Shown piece by piece: positions 57,327 to 64,000 of a stretch of DNA of 64,000 nt; the first letter of the stretch is position 1, and each line of letters begins with the position of its first letter. This stretch comes from Chloroflexota bacterium (GTDB taxonomy: Bacteria; Chloroflexota; Dormibacteria; Dormibacterales; Dormibacteraceae): contig VBIU01000082.1 of assembly GCA_005880945.1 (NCBI GenBank), positions 1,505-65,504 of the forward strand, read 5' to 3'. Both the position numbers and the translations under genes were made by a program. Below the pieces are notes generated by a model that ran no database searches, was not told the origin of the DNA, and saw only the letters and a list, made by a program, of their open reading frames with translations.

Positions 57327-58880
57327 TCAGGCTTTGATCTCGGCCACGTGCGTGGTGCCGTAGCCCTCTGTCTCCGGGTGCCCGTGCTCGCCCAGGGTGA
57401 GTGCGAACTCCTCTTCAGGCGAAAGCACGAGACGGTTCCGTCCCACCAACGCGAAATAGATGATTCCGATCACGAAGTAGACGAGCGTGCCGACCACGCC
57501 GGGTCGATAGGCCTCGTTCGCGTACAGCGAGATCAGCGAGATGACGGCGATTACGCCGGCAATGCCCGCGCCCCATTGGCCGATTGGGCTGCGGTACGGT
57601 CGGTTGATATTCGGCAGCCGGCGGCGCAGGAGGATAAAGGACAGACACTGCATGGCGTACGAGATCACTGCCCCGAACACCGCCATGTACAGGAGCGCGC
57701 CGACGATCTGGCCGGCCACCAGGCCGCCCGCCAACCCCAGCTGGTAGACGAGGATCGCGAGCGCGAGGCCCACAACGCCGCCCGCGATCAGGGCTATGTG
57801 GGGAGTCTTCAGCTTGGGATGAGTGAGCGACAGGAAGTGCGGAAAGTACCCCGCCCTGGACAGCGAGTAGGTGTTGCGGCCGTACGCATAGATGATCGTG
57901 AAGAAGCTGGCGATCAGCCCGACCAGGCCGATCAAAGCCAGGACGGCGGCTCCGGCGGTGTCGCCGAAAACAGCCTTGAACCCGTCGAATAGCGGTGTTC
58001 CCGATGTGCCAAGGGCCTTCGCGCCGCCACCGACCGCGGGGTTCAATAGGAATATGAGCGCGCCGGTGATGACCAGTGTCGTGATGCCCCAGAGGGTCGC
58101 TCGTGGGATGTCTTTCTTCGGATCGTGCGACTCCTCGGCCGCCAGCGGCAGCTCCTCGATGGCGAGATAGAACCAGATCGCAAACGGGATCGCAGGGAAG
58201 ATGCCGGCGATGCCGTGAGGGAGGAAGCTCGTCTGGCCGGCGTCCGGCGGGATGTTGAAAAGCAGGTTGAAGTCCAGCTTCCCAGAAAAGATGACCGAGA
58301 GGAAAAAGATGGCAAGGATGCCAAGCGCGAGCGCGTTGATCACCACTGTGAACCGCATGGTGGCTACGATGCCGCGGATGTTGATGGCCACGAAAACGAT
58401 GTAGAAGACGATGAACCAGGTCACGGGGCTGTTCCACCAGGGGTCGCCCTTCACGCTGAACAGCGACTGAACGATCGCCTGCATCAACAGGCCCATGGCG
58501 CCGACCACCACCGCCGGGGTGATGACGTACTCCATGTTCTCCGCCAACCCGGTGATGAACCCACCCCACGGTCCCATGGCGGAACGCGCGAATGAGTAGG
58601 CTCCGCCGGTGTGAGGCAGGGCCGGGGACATCTCGGCGATGCTGAAGCAGAGGCCGTAGTACATGACCACGATCACGATGTTCGCGATCAAAAGTCCTCC
58701 GAACCCCCCAGCGCCCAGGCCGAGGTTCCAGCCGTAGAAGTCGCCTGAGATGACAGCGGCGACCCCCAGAGACCACAGCGACCAGAACGCCGCATGTCGC
58801 TTCAGGCTTCGCTTGGCGAAGTACCCGACCCCAGCTTCCTGGTAAGCAACTGACCCGACCTTACGTCGATCCTGAGCCAA
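57327..58880 (-). CDS. APC-superfamily amine permease, ethanolamine permease-like
   Basis: FWSLWSLGVAAVISGDFYGWNLGLGAGGFGG...FSIAEMSPALPHTGGAYSFAR closely follows the ethanolamine permease (Eat) N-terminal signature. 12 TM helices. TTG start. Confidence 0.85.
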   Translation of the reverse strand: MAQDRRKVGSVAYQEAGVGYFAKRSLKRHAAFWSLWSLGVAAVISGDFYGWNLGLGAGGFGGLLIANIVIVVMYYGLCFSIAEMSPALPHTGGAYSFARSAMGPWGGFITGLAENMEYVITPAVVVGAMGLLMQAIVQSLFSVKGDPWWNSPVTWFIVFYIVFVAINIRGIVATMRFTVVINALALGILAIFFLSVIFSGKLDFNLLFNIPPDAGQTSFLPHGIAGIFPAIPFAIWFYLAIEELPLAAEESHDPKKDIPRATLWGITTLVITGALIFLLNPAVGGGAKALGTSGTPLFDGFKAVFGDTAGAAVLALIGLVGLIASFFTIIYAYGRNTYSLSRAGYFPHFLSLTHPKLKTPHIALIAGGVVGLALAILVYQLGLAGGLVAGQIVGALLYMAVFGAVISYAMQCLSFILLRRRLPNINRPYRSPIGQWGAGIAGVIAVISLISLYANEAYRPGVVGTLVYFVIGIIYFALVGRNRLVLSPEEEFALTLGEHGHPETEGYGTTHVAEIKA

Positions 58881-58927
58881 GGCGATACCCCCTTTCGTGG
58901 TTGCCGGTGGCGGCCCAGCGGTCCTAG

Positions 58928-58939
58928 AAGTTGTCTGAC
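58928..58939. promoter_or_regulatory. Candidate GntR operator half (12-mer AAGTTGTCTGAC), permease-proximal copy
   Basis: Exact 12-nt direct repeat of 59073-59084, located 48 nt upstream of the permease start. Confidence 0.4.
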
Positions 58940-59062
58940 TGCCGGTCGCTTGCGGGTATGCTAAGCGAGCGCCGGGGGCAAGTCAAGATCGGCTCCTTGG
59001 TGCCGCAAACGGCGACGTCCGACGAGCGGCTGCGCCGCCAAACTAAAGTCCGGGAAACCTGC

Positions 59063-59091
59063 TTGACGGGGAAAGTTGTCTGACAAATACT
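59063..59091 (+). promoter_or_regulatory. Candidate promoter of the gntR gene (TTGACG-N17-AATACT) with an embedded palindromic GntR-type operator TTGTC-T-GACAA (59076-59086)
   Basis: The -10 element ends 7 nt before ATG 59099, implying a leaderless or near-leaderless mRNA. The palindrome fits the GT-N-AC GntR operator logic. Confidence 0.4.
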
Positions 59092-59098
59092 ACTGGCG

Positions 59099-59863
59099 AT
59101 GTCTGGTGATAGGCCGGTGAAGACACGCGCGCGGCCGCGCAGCGTCTCCGTGCGTGACGAGCTGACCGACCGCATCGACCGCGGTTTGCTGACCGCAGGG
59201 ACCCGGCTGCCCTCCGAGCCCGCGCTCGCCACCGAGCTCGGAGTCTCGAGGGCGACCCTCCGCGAAGCGCTCCGAACGCTGGAGGGCGAAGGCCTCGTGC
59301 GACGCATGTGGGGCTCGGGAACCTATGTCGCGCAGGGTCCCCGCGTCGCGAACAGCCTCGATGTGAACTTTGGTGTGACCGATGCCATTCGCGCGGCCGG
59401 TATGCAGGCCGGGACCGAGCAGGCTCGATACTGGTTCGAGCCCGCTTCCGCCGGCGAGGCGGCTCAGCTGAAGCTGCAGCCGGGTCAGGACGTGCTCGTG
59501 GTCGAACGGGTTCGGACTGCTGACGGCAAGCCGGTTGTGCTTTCACGCGACATCCTCCCGGCGCGCCTGCTGGCGCATCATCCAGAGGTCGCCGACCGGA
59601 TGCTCCAGCGCTCGATGTATGAGGTCCTCGAGCAAGAGCTTGGAGTCGTCATCCACCACGGCATCGCCACCTTCCGCCCGGTGCGCGCCGACATCACTGT
59701 CGCCCGGATGCTGGGCATTCCCCGTGGCGAGCTCCTGCTTGCCATCTGGCAGGTCGACTACGCCGAGGACGATGTCGCTGTCGTTTCTTCGCACGAATAT
59801 CACCTCGCCGAGGCATTCGATTTCACTGTGCTTAGGCGCGGACCTGGAAGGAGGTTGCAATGA
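59099..59863 (+). CDS. GntR-family transcriptional regulator (HutC/UTRA subfamily)
   Basis: wHTH LPSEPALATELGVSRATLREALRTLEGEGLVRR plus a UTRA-like C-terminal domain. Confidence 0.9.
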   Translation: MSGDRPVKTRARPRSVSVRDELTDRIDRGLLTAGTRLPSEPALATELGVSRATLREALRTLEGEGLVRRMWGSGTYVAQGPRVANSLDVNFGVTDAIRAAGMQAGTEQARYWFEPASAGEAAQLKLQPGQDVLVVERVRTADGKPVVLSRDILPARLLAHHPEVADRMLQRSMYEVLEQELGVVIHHGIATFRPVRADITVARMLGIPRGELLLAIWQVDYAEDDVAVVSSHEYHLAEAFDFTVLRRGPGRRLQ

Positions 59864-60702
59864 GCGCACAGGTTGGCAAGTCGATGCGACTGAAGCGCGT
59901 GATCGATCCCGCCGGCGTCTCGGTCATCTGCGCGCTGGATCATGGGATGACCTCGCCGACCTTTCTCGAGCCACTTTCAGACATCTCTGCGCGGACTGCA
60001 GAGGCAGTGGCCGGGGGCGCGAACGTGATCATGATGTCGAAGGGCATGATCCGGATCGCCGAGCCCGCCTTTTCCCCGACAACATCGCTGGCGCTTCTTC
60101 TGTCGGCTTCCGCCAACCCTGAGCAGGGCCAACCCCAGGTGATACAGATCGCGGAGGTCGAGGAAGCCGCTCGACTTGGCGCGGACGCCGTCGTGCTCTT
60201 CACCGCGCTCGCGGGCGAGACGGAGGCGGGCATGATCCGGACCCTGGCGGGCGTGGGCAGGGAGTGTGCTGTCCTCGGCATTCCGTTTATCGCCGAGGCC
60301 GAGTTCCCGACGACCTACGCATCGGTCAGCGATCTCAGGGACCAGTACGGTTTCGAATACCTGCGCCGCAACGTGCGGCTGTGCGGTGAGCTTGGCGCCG
60401 ACATCATCAAGACCAACTGGCCCGGCGATGAGGAGTCGTTCGGAAAACTGGTGGAGGCCGCCAACGGCCTACCAGTCGTGCTGGCGGGTGGTTCGCGCCT
60501 CGAGGACGGAGAGCTGCTTCAGCGTATGGAGCACGCCATGGCCGCCGGCGCGATCGGATGCTCAGTGGGTCGCAACATCTTCATGCACAAATCTCCCGAG
60601 GCCATTACGCGAGCGCTGTCTCGCGTGATCCGGGAGCGCTGGAAAGCGATGAAAGCGCTCGATGCGCTGCACAAAGAGCTGGGCGCGGGGGCCGTGCGGT
60701 GA
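59860..60702 (+). CDS. Class I aldolase, DhnA/FbaB/LsrF family (COG1830)
   Basis: ATGA overlap with gntR. ALDHG, GADAVV, Schiff-base region GADIIKTNWPG, and VVLAGGS / VGRNIF motifs. Confidence 0.8.
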   Translation: MSAQVGKSMRLKRVIDPAGVSVICALDHGMTSPTFLEPLSDISARTAEAVAGGANVIMMSKGMIRIAEPAFSPTTSLALLLSASANPEQGQPQVIQIAEVEEAARLGADAVVLFTALAGETEAGMIRTLAGVGRECAVLGIPFIAEAEFPTTYASVSDLRDQYGFEYLRRNVRLCGELGADIIKTNWPGDEESFGKLVEAANGLPVVLAGGSRLEDGELLQRMEHAMAAGAIGCSVGRNIFMHKSPEAITRALSRVIRERWKAMKALDALHKELGAGAVR

Positions 60703-61751
60703 GGGCGGCATTCATGACCGCGGTCGACGCGGTCGAGATCCGCAAGGCGCCTGAACCGAAAGTCGATCCCGAGGGGGCGATCCTGCGGATCGAGGCTTGC
60801 GGCATCTGCGGCACCGACGCGCGGACCTTCTTCAACGGCGACCCGAAAGCGCCTGCGCCATGGATCCTCGGCCACGAGCCGGTTGGTGTGCTGGAGGAGG
60901 TGGGGCGCGACGCGCTGCTCCCGCCCGGCGTCAGGAAAGGCGACCGCGTGTTTCTCGGGTCCATCCTCACATGCGGCCGCTGCCACTGGTGCATGGACGG
61001 ATACCAGAACCTCTGCGACGAGCATCTCCTCTACGGCTACGACCCGTTCCCCGGCGCATACGCCGAGTACGCGGCGGTGCCGCCGATCGCCATGAAGAAC
61101 TTGATTCCGCTGCCTCCGGACCTGCCGTCCGACCTCGCGACGGTCGCCGACCCGTTCGCATGCGCCCTGAACGGAATCGAGGTGCTCGACATCCGCATCG
61201 GGGACACGGTCGTGATCATCGGCTCCGGCCCCATCGGCTGTTGGCAGGCGGTGATGGCTCGCGACTGCGGCGCCGGAAAAGTGTTCCTGACGGACGTGAA
61301 CCGCCAGCGCCTCGACATCGCGCTGGGCGCGGTCGGCGCGTTCGTCGACGACGCGTGGGTCGCCGCCGCCGACAACGGCGTGGCGCAGGCCCTCGAGCAC
61401 ACCGGCGGGAAAGGCCCCGAGCGGATCATCGTCGCCGCGCCTTCGAAGCAGGCGCAGCAGGCCGCGCTCGAGATGGCGGCCAAACGCGCACGCGTCGTGT
61501 ACTTCGCGGGACTGCCGAAGCACGATCCGGTAAGCCCGCTCGACATGAACCAGCTGCACTACAAGGAGCTCTCAATCCTTGGCGCGTACGGCGCCACGCA
61601 CCGGCAGTACCGGCTCACGATGGACTACCTGGAGCGGCGCCGCGATGAGCTGGCCGCGGTGGTGACGCACAGGTTCCCGCTGGAGAAGATCGGCGAAGCC
61701 TTCGAGACCATCCGGTCCGGCTCAGGGCTGAAGATGGTCGTCATTCCTTGA
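60699..61751 (+). CDS. Zinc-dependent medium-chain alcohol/polyol dehydrogenase
   Basis: GTGA overlap with the aldolase stop. CGICGTD, GHEPVGVLEEVG, structural zinc CGRCHWCMDGYQNLC and Rossmann motif IIGSGPIG. Confidence 0.85.
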   Translation: MRAAFMTAVDAVEIRKAPEPKVDPEGAILRIEACGICGTDARTFFNGDPKAPAPWILGHEPVGVLEEVGRDALLPPGVRKGDRVFLGSILTCGRCHWCMDGYQNLCDEHLLYGYDPFPGAYAEYAAVPPIAMKNLIPLPPDLPSDLATVADPFACALNGIEVLDIRIGDTVVIIGSGPIGCWQAVMARDCGAGKVFLTDVNRQRLDIALGAVGAFVDDAWVAAADNGVAQALEHTGGKGPERIIVAAPSKQAQQAALEMAAKRARVVYFAGLPKHDPVSPLDMNQLHYKELSILGAYGATHRQYRLTMDYLERRRDELAAVVTHRFPLEKIGEAFETIRSGSGLKMVVIP

Positions 61752-63271
61752 CGGGACCGTATGTGATCGGCTGCGATGTCGGCAGCCAGGGCACGAACAC
61801 CGCCCTCTATTCCGTCGATGGAAAGCTGGTGGCGTCGGCGTACGAGGGCTACGACGTGTCATTTCCGCAGCCGGGTTGGGCCGAGCAGGACCCGCATGCC
61901 TGGACAGGCGCCCTGCATTCGACGATTGCGCGGGTTCTCGGGGAGGTGCCGGAAGGCCCGTCCGCGGTGAAAGCCCTGTCGTTCGGCTCCCAGCTCGATG
62001 GCATGGTCGCGTGCGACGCGAAGGGCAAGCCGCTGCGGCCCGCGATGATCTGGATGGACCGCCGGGCGGAATCGCAAGCGGCCGCGCTGGCCCAACAGGT
62101 GTCGCGAAAGGACTTCTACCACCACGTCGGCGCGAACCTGGACTCGTCGCACGCGGTTTTCAAAGCGTTGTGGATTCGCGACGAGGAGCCGGAAATCTTC
62201 GCGAAGTCTGCCAAGCTCATGTCACCCGGGGCGTACGTGCTGTTGGAAGCATCCGGGGTGGTCGCCGTCGACTACTCCAACGCCTCGTCGCTGGCGCTCC
62301 TCGACCCGCGAACTCGATCGTGGTCCCAGCCAATCCTCGACGCGGCAGGTATTAAGTCCCGCATGCTGCCCGAGCTGGCGGCGGGTACCCAGGCTGTGGG
62401 CAAAGTCACCAAATCATTCGCTGCCTCGACGGGCCTTTCTCCGGACACCATTGTTGTGGTCGGGTGCGGAGACGAGATGGCCGCCACCCTTGGCGCCGGG
62501 GTTTTCGCGCCTGGCGAGGTGTGCGACGTGGTGGGCACGGCCGAGCCGGTATGCGCAGTGTCCGCCGGACCGCGAGAGGACCCGACGATGCTTGTCGAAT
62601 GCCACCCGCACGCCGACCCCGACACCTGGTTGCTCGAGAATCCCGGGTTTGTCTCGGGCGGCAACCTGAGGTGGTGGCGTGATCAGTTCTGCCCCGAGGA
62701 ACGCGCCGCCGAGGCGCGTGGGGAGGGCGACGCGTATGACGCGCTCACCGGGCCCGCCGCGGATGTCGACGCGGGCGCCGAGGGCCTCGTGTTCCTGCCG
62801 TGCATGCAGGGCGCGATGGCGCCGGAATGGAATGGGGCAGCGCGAGGCGTCTTCTACGGCCTGAGCCTCGCCCACACTCGGGCGCATCTGACCCGGGCCG
62901 TCCTCGAAGGCAGCGCCTTCGCGCTTCGCGACATCCTGGAGGCGATGCGAAGCGCAGGCCTCGAGGTGCGCCGTCTCACGATCGTCGGCGGCGGCGCCAA
63001 AGGGGCGCTGTGGCGGCAGATCAAAGCGGACGTGACCGGCCTGCCTGTGCGAGTTCCAATGAGCGTGGAGACCACAGCCACCGGGGCGGCCACGCTTGCG
63101 GCGGTCGGGGCGGGACTATATGACGATGTGGCGAGCGCTGCCGGCGCCTTCGTCGCATACCGCCCCGACGAGCACCAACCTGATCCCGAGCGCCGCGAGA
63201 TCTACGACGAGGCGTACGGTCGATACCGGGATGTGTACTACGCGCTCAAGCCGGTGTTCGAGCGGGTCTGA
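61748..63271 (+). CDS. FGGY-family carbohydrate kinase (xylulokinase/LsrK-like)
   Basis: TTG start overlapping the ADH stop. IGCDVGSQGTNTALY, GWAEQDP, IWMDRR and GGGAKG motifs. Confidence 0.85.
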   Translation: MTGPYVIGCDVGSQGTNTALYSVDGKLVASAYEGYDVSFPQPGWAEQDPHAWTGALHSTIARVLGEVPEGPSAVKALSFGSQLDGMVACDAKGKPLRPAMIWMDRRAESQAAALAQQVSRKDFYHHVGANLDSSHAVFKALWIRDEEPEIFAKSAKLMSPGAYVLLEASGVVAVDYSNASSLALLDPRTRSWSQPILDAAGIKSRMLPELAAGTQAVGKVTKSFAASTGLSPDTIVVVGCGDEMAATLGAGVFAPGEVCDVVGTAEPVCAVSAGPREDPTMLVECHPHADPDTWLLENPGFVSGGNLRWWRDQFCPEERAAEARGEGDAYDALTGPAADVDAGAEGLVFLPCMQGAMAPEWNGAARGVFYGLSLAHTRAHLTRAVLEGSAFALRDILEAMRSAGLEVRRLTIVGGGAKGALWRQIKADVTGLPVRVPMSVETTATGAATLAAVGAGLYDDVASAAGAFVAYRPDEHQPDPERREIYDEAYGRYRDVYYALKPVFERV

Positions 63272-64000
63272 TGCCTGACAGCTCGGTGGCCAGCGACAGG
63301 ACGCGAGTCTTTCCGCTGGAGCTGGACCGGCTCTACCCCGTCGTCGTGCGCGGCGAGGGCGTGTGGGTGGAGGACTCGGCCGGCAAGCGATACCTCGATG
63401 CGATGAGCGGAGGCTCGATGGCCGCAACGCTCGGGCATGGGCGGCGCGACATCATCGCCGCGGCTCGAGACCAGGCGCTTCAGCTGTCCTATGTCCATAA
63501 CGAGCGCCTCACCAACCCCGCAAGGGAGCGGCTCGCGGCAGAGCTCGTCGAGGTCGCGCCTCCTGGCATGACCCGGGTGCGGTTCACAACCGGCGGAGCC
63601 GAGTCCAACGAGGCCGCCCTGCAGATGGCGCGCAGCTACCACGTCGAGAGGGGCGACACGAAGCGGTGGCACGTGATCTCTCCTGCGCAGGCCTATCACG
63701 GGCCAACTATGGCGACGCTTGCGCTCACCGGAAGGCCCGGCCTGCAGCGTCCGTTTGGGCCCTACCTGTCGACGCACCATCACATCCCGCCGAGCACCTG
63801 GCGATTCGACTCCACCGGCAAGGCGGCGCTCGCGGCTCTCGACAAAGTGCTGGAGGAGGTTGGGCCGGAGAACGTATCGGCGTACTTCTGCGAGCCGATA
63901 ACCGCGGCGGCGCTGCCTGCGTATTCGCCGCCCGAGCTGTTCTGGAAAGGGCTGGCTGAGCGCCGTGAACAGCATGGCTTCCTCATCCTCTACGACGAGG
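63271..64000 (+). CDS. Class III (omega) PLP-dependent aminotransferase, 5' partial (continues beyond the window)
   Basis: Translated by hand from ATG 63271, which shares 1 nt with the kinase stop (TGATG): MPDSSVASDRTRVFP...VVVRGEGVWVEDSAGKRYLDAMSGGSMAATLGHG...FTTGGAESNEAALQMAR...YHGPT...FCEPI. No stop before 64000. Confidence 0.8.
   Translation, partial: MPDSSVASDRTRVFPLELDRLYPVVVRGEGVWVEDSAGKRYLDAMSGGSMAATLGHGRRDIIAAARDQALQLSYVHNERLTNPARERLAAELVEVAPPGMTRVRFTTGGAESNEAALQMARSYHVERGDTKRWHVISPAQAYHGPTMATLALTGRPGLQRPFGPYLSTHHHIPPSTWRFDSTGKAALAALDKVLEEVGPENVSAYFCEPITAAALPAYSPPELFWKGLAERREQHGFLILYDE

Overview
This is a 64-kb, very GC-rich and densely coding bacterial chromosomal segment. GTG/TTG starts, ATGA/GTGA stop-start overlaps and many Arg/Pro-rich antisense shadow ORFs give it an Actinomycetota/Chloroflexota-like style, but taxon cannot be assigned without a search. 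All functional calls rest on motifs I recognise in the supplied translations; no homology search was possible.

Content from left to right:
- DUF485-ActP acetate symporter pair, truncated haemoglobin, RibD-C-like reductase, Kelch lipoprotein, APH-like kinase and a terpenoid-cyclase-like protein.
- A more AT-rich tnpB-only IS200/IS605-type element carrying an orphan acidic 82-aa ORF, abutting tRNA-His(GUG).
- A Paa-like di-iron oxygenase cluster with a split PaaD.
- A translationally coupled PNPOx-FdhD-CPBP-membrane protein operon, followed by SRPBCC, RDD and zwf genes.
- A low-GC orphan membrane gene with a clean intrinsic terminator.
- hutH-hutU-hutF-hutI.
- An AlkD-like / SixA / CYTH-CHAD / ppk1 array.
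- GH13 / DUF2461 / GH4 genes.
- A Pat-type GNAT coupled to a stand-alone cNMP-binding-like protein.
- TetR plus an F420-type LLM oxidoreductase, and an ECF42-type sigma factor plus a YciI/DGPF protein.
- tRNA-Pro(GGG), Lhr helicase, flavin reductase, a VOC protein, CcdA, an alpha/beta hydrolase and PepF.
- A cyclase-STAND-TPR protein, a GNAT and a GH38 mannosidase.
- AzlCD plus a gamma-glutamylation amine-catabolic cluster.
- A GntR-controlled aldolase / Zn-ADH / FGGY kinase / aminotransferase cluster that runs off the right edge.

I saw no CRISPR array, rRNA gene, integrase or recognisable classical defence system by eye. No single unambiguous novel system stands out. The best candidates for follow-up are:
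1. The tnpB element with its unknown small ORF and its overlap with tRNA-His.
2. The split PaaD oxygenase cluster.
3. The split Pat-like GNAT / cNMP-like pair.
4. The 44-bp duplication flanking two hairpins after the VOC gene.
5. A REP-like hairpin repeat family (3 copies).
6. The uncharacterised GntR-linked catabolic cluster.
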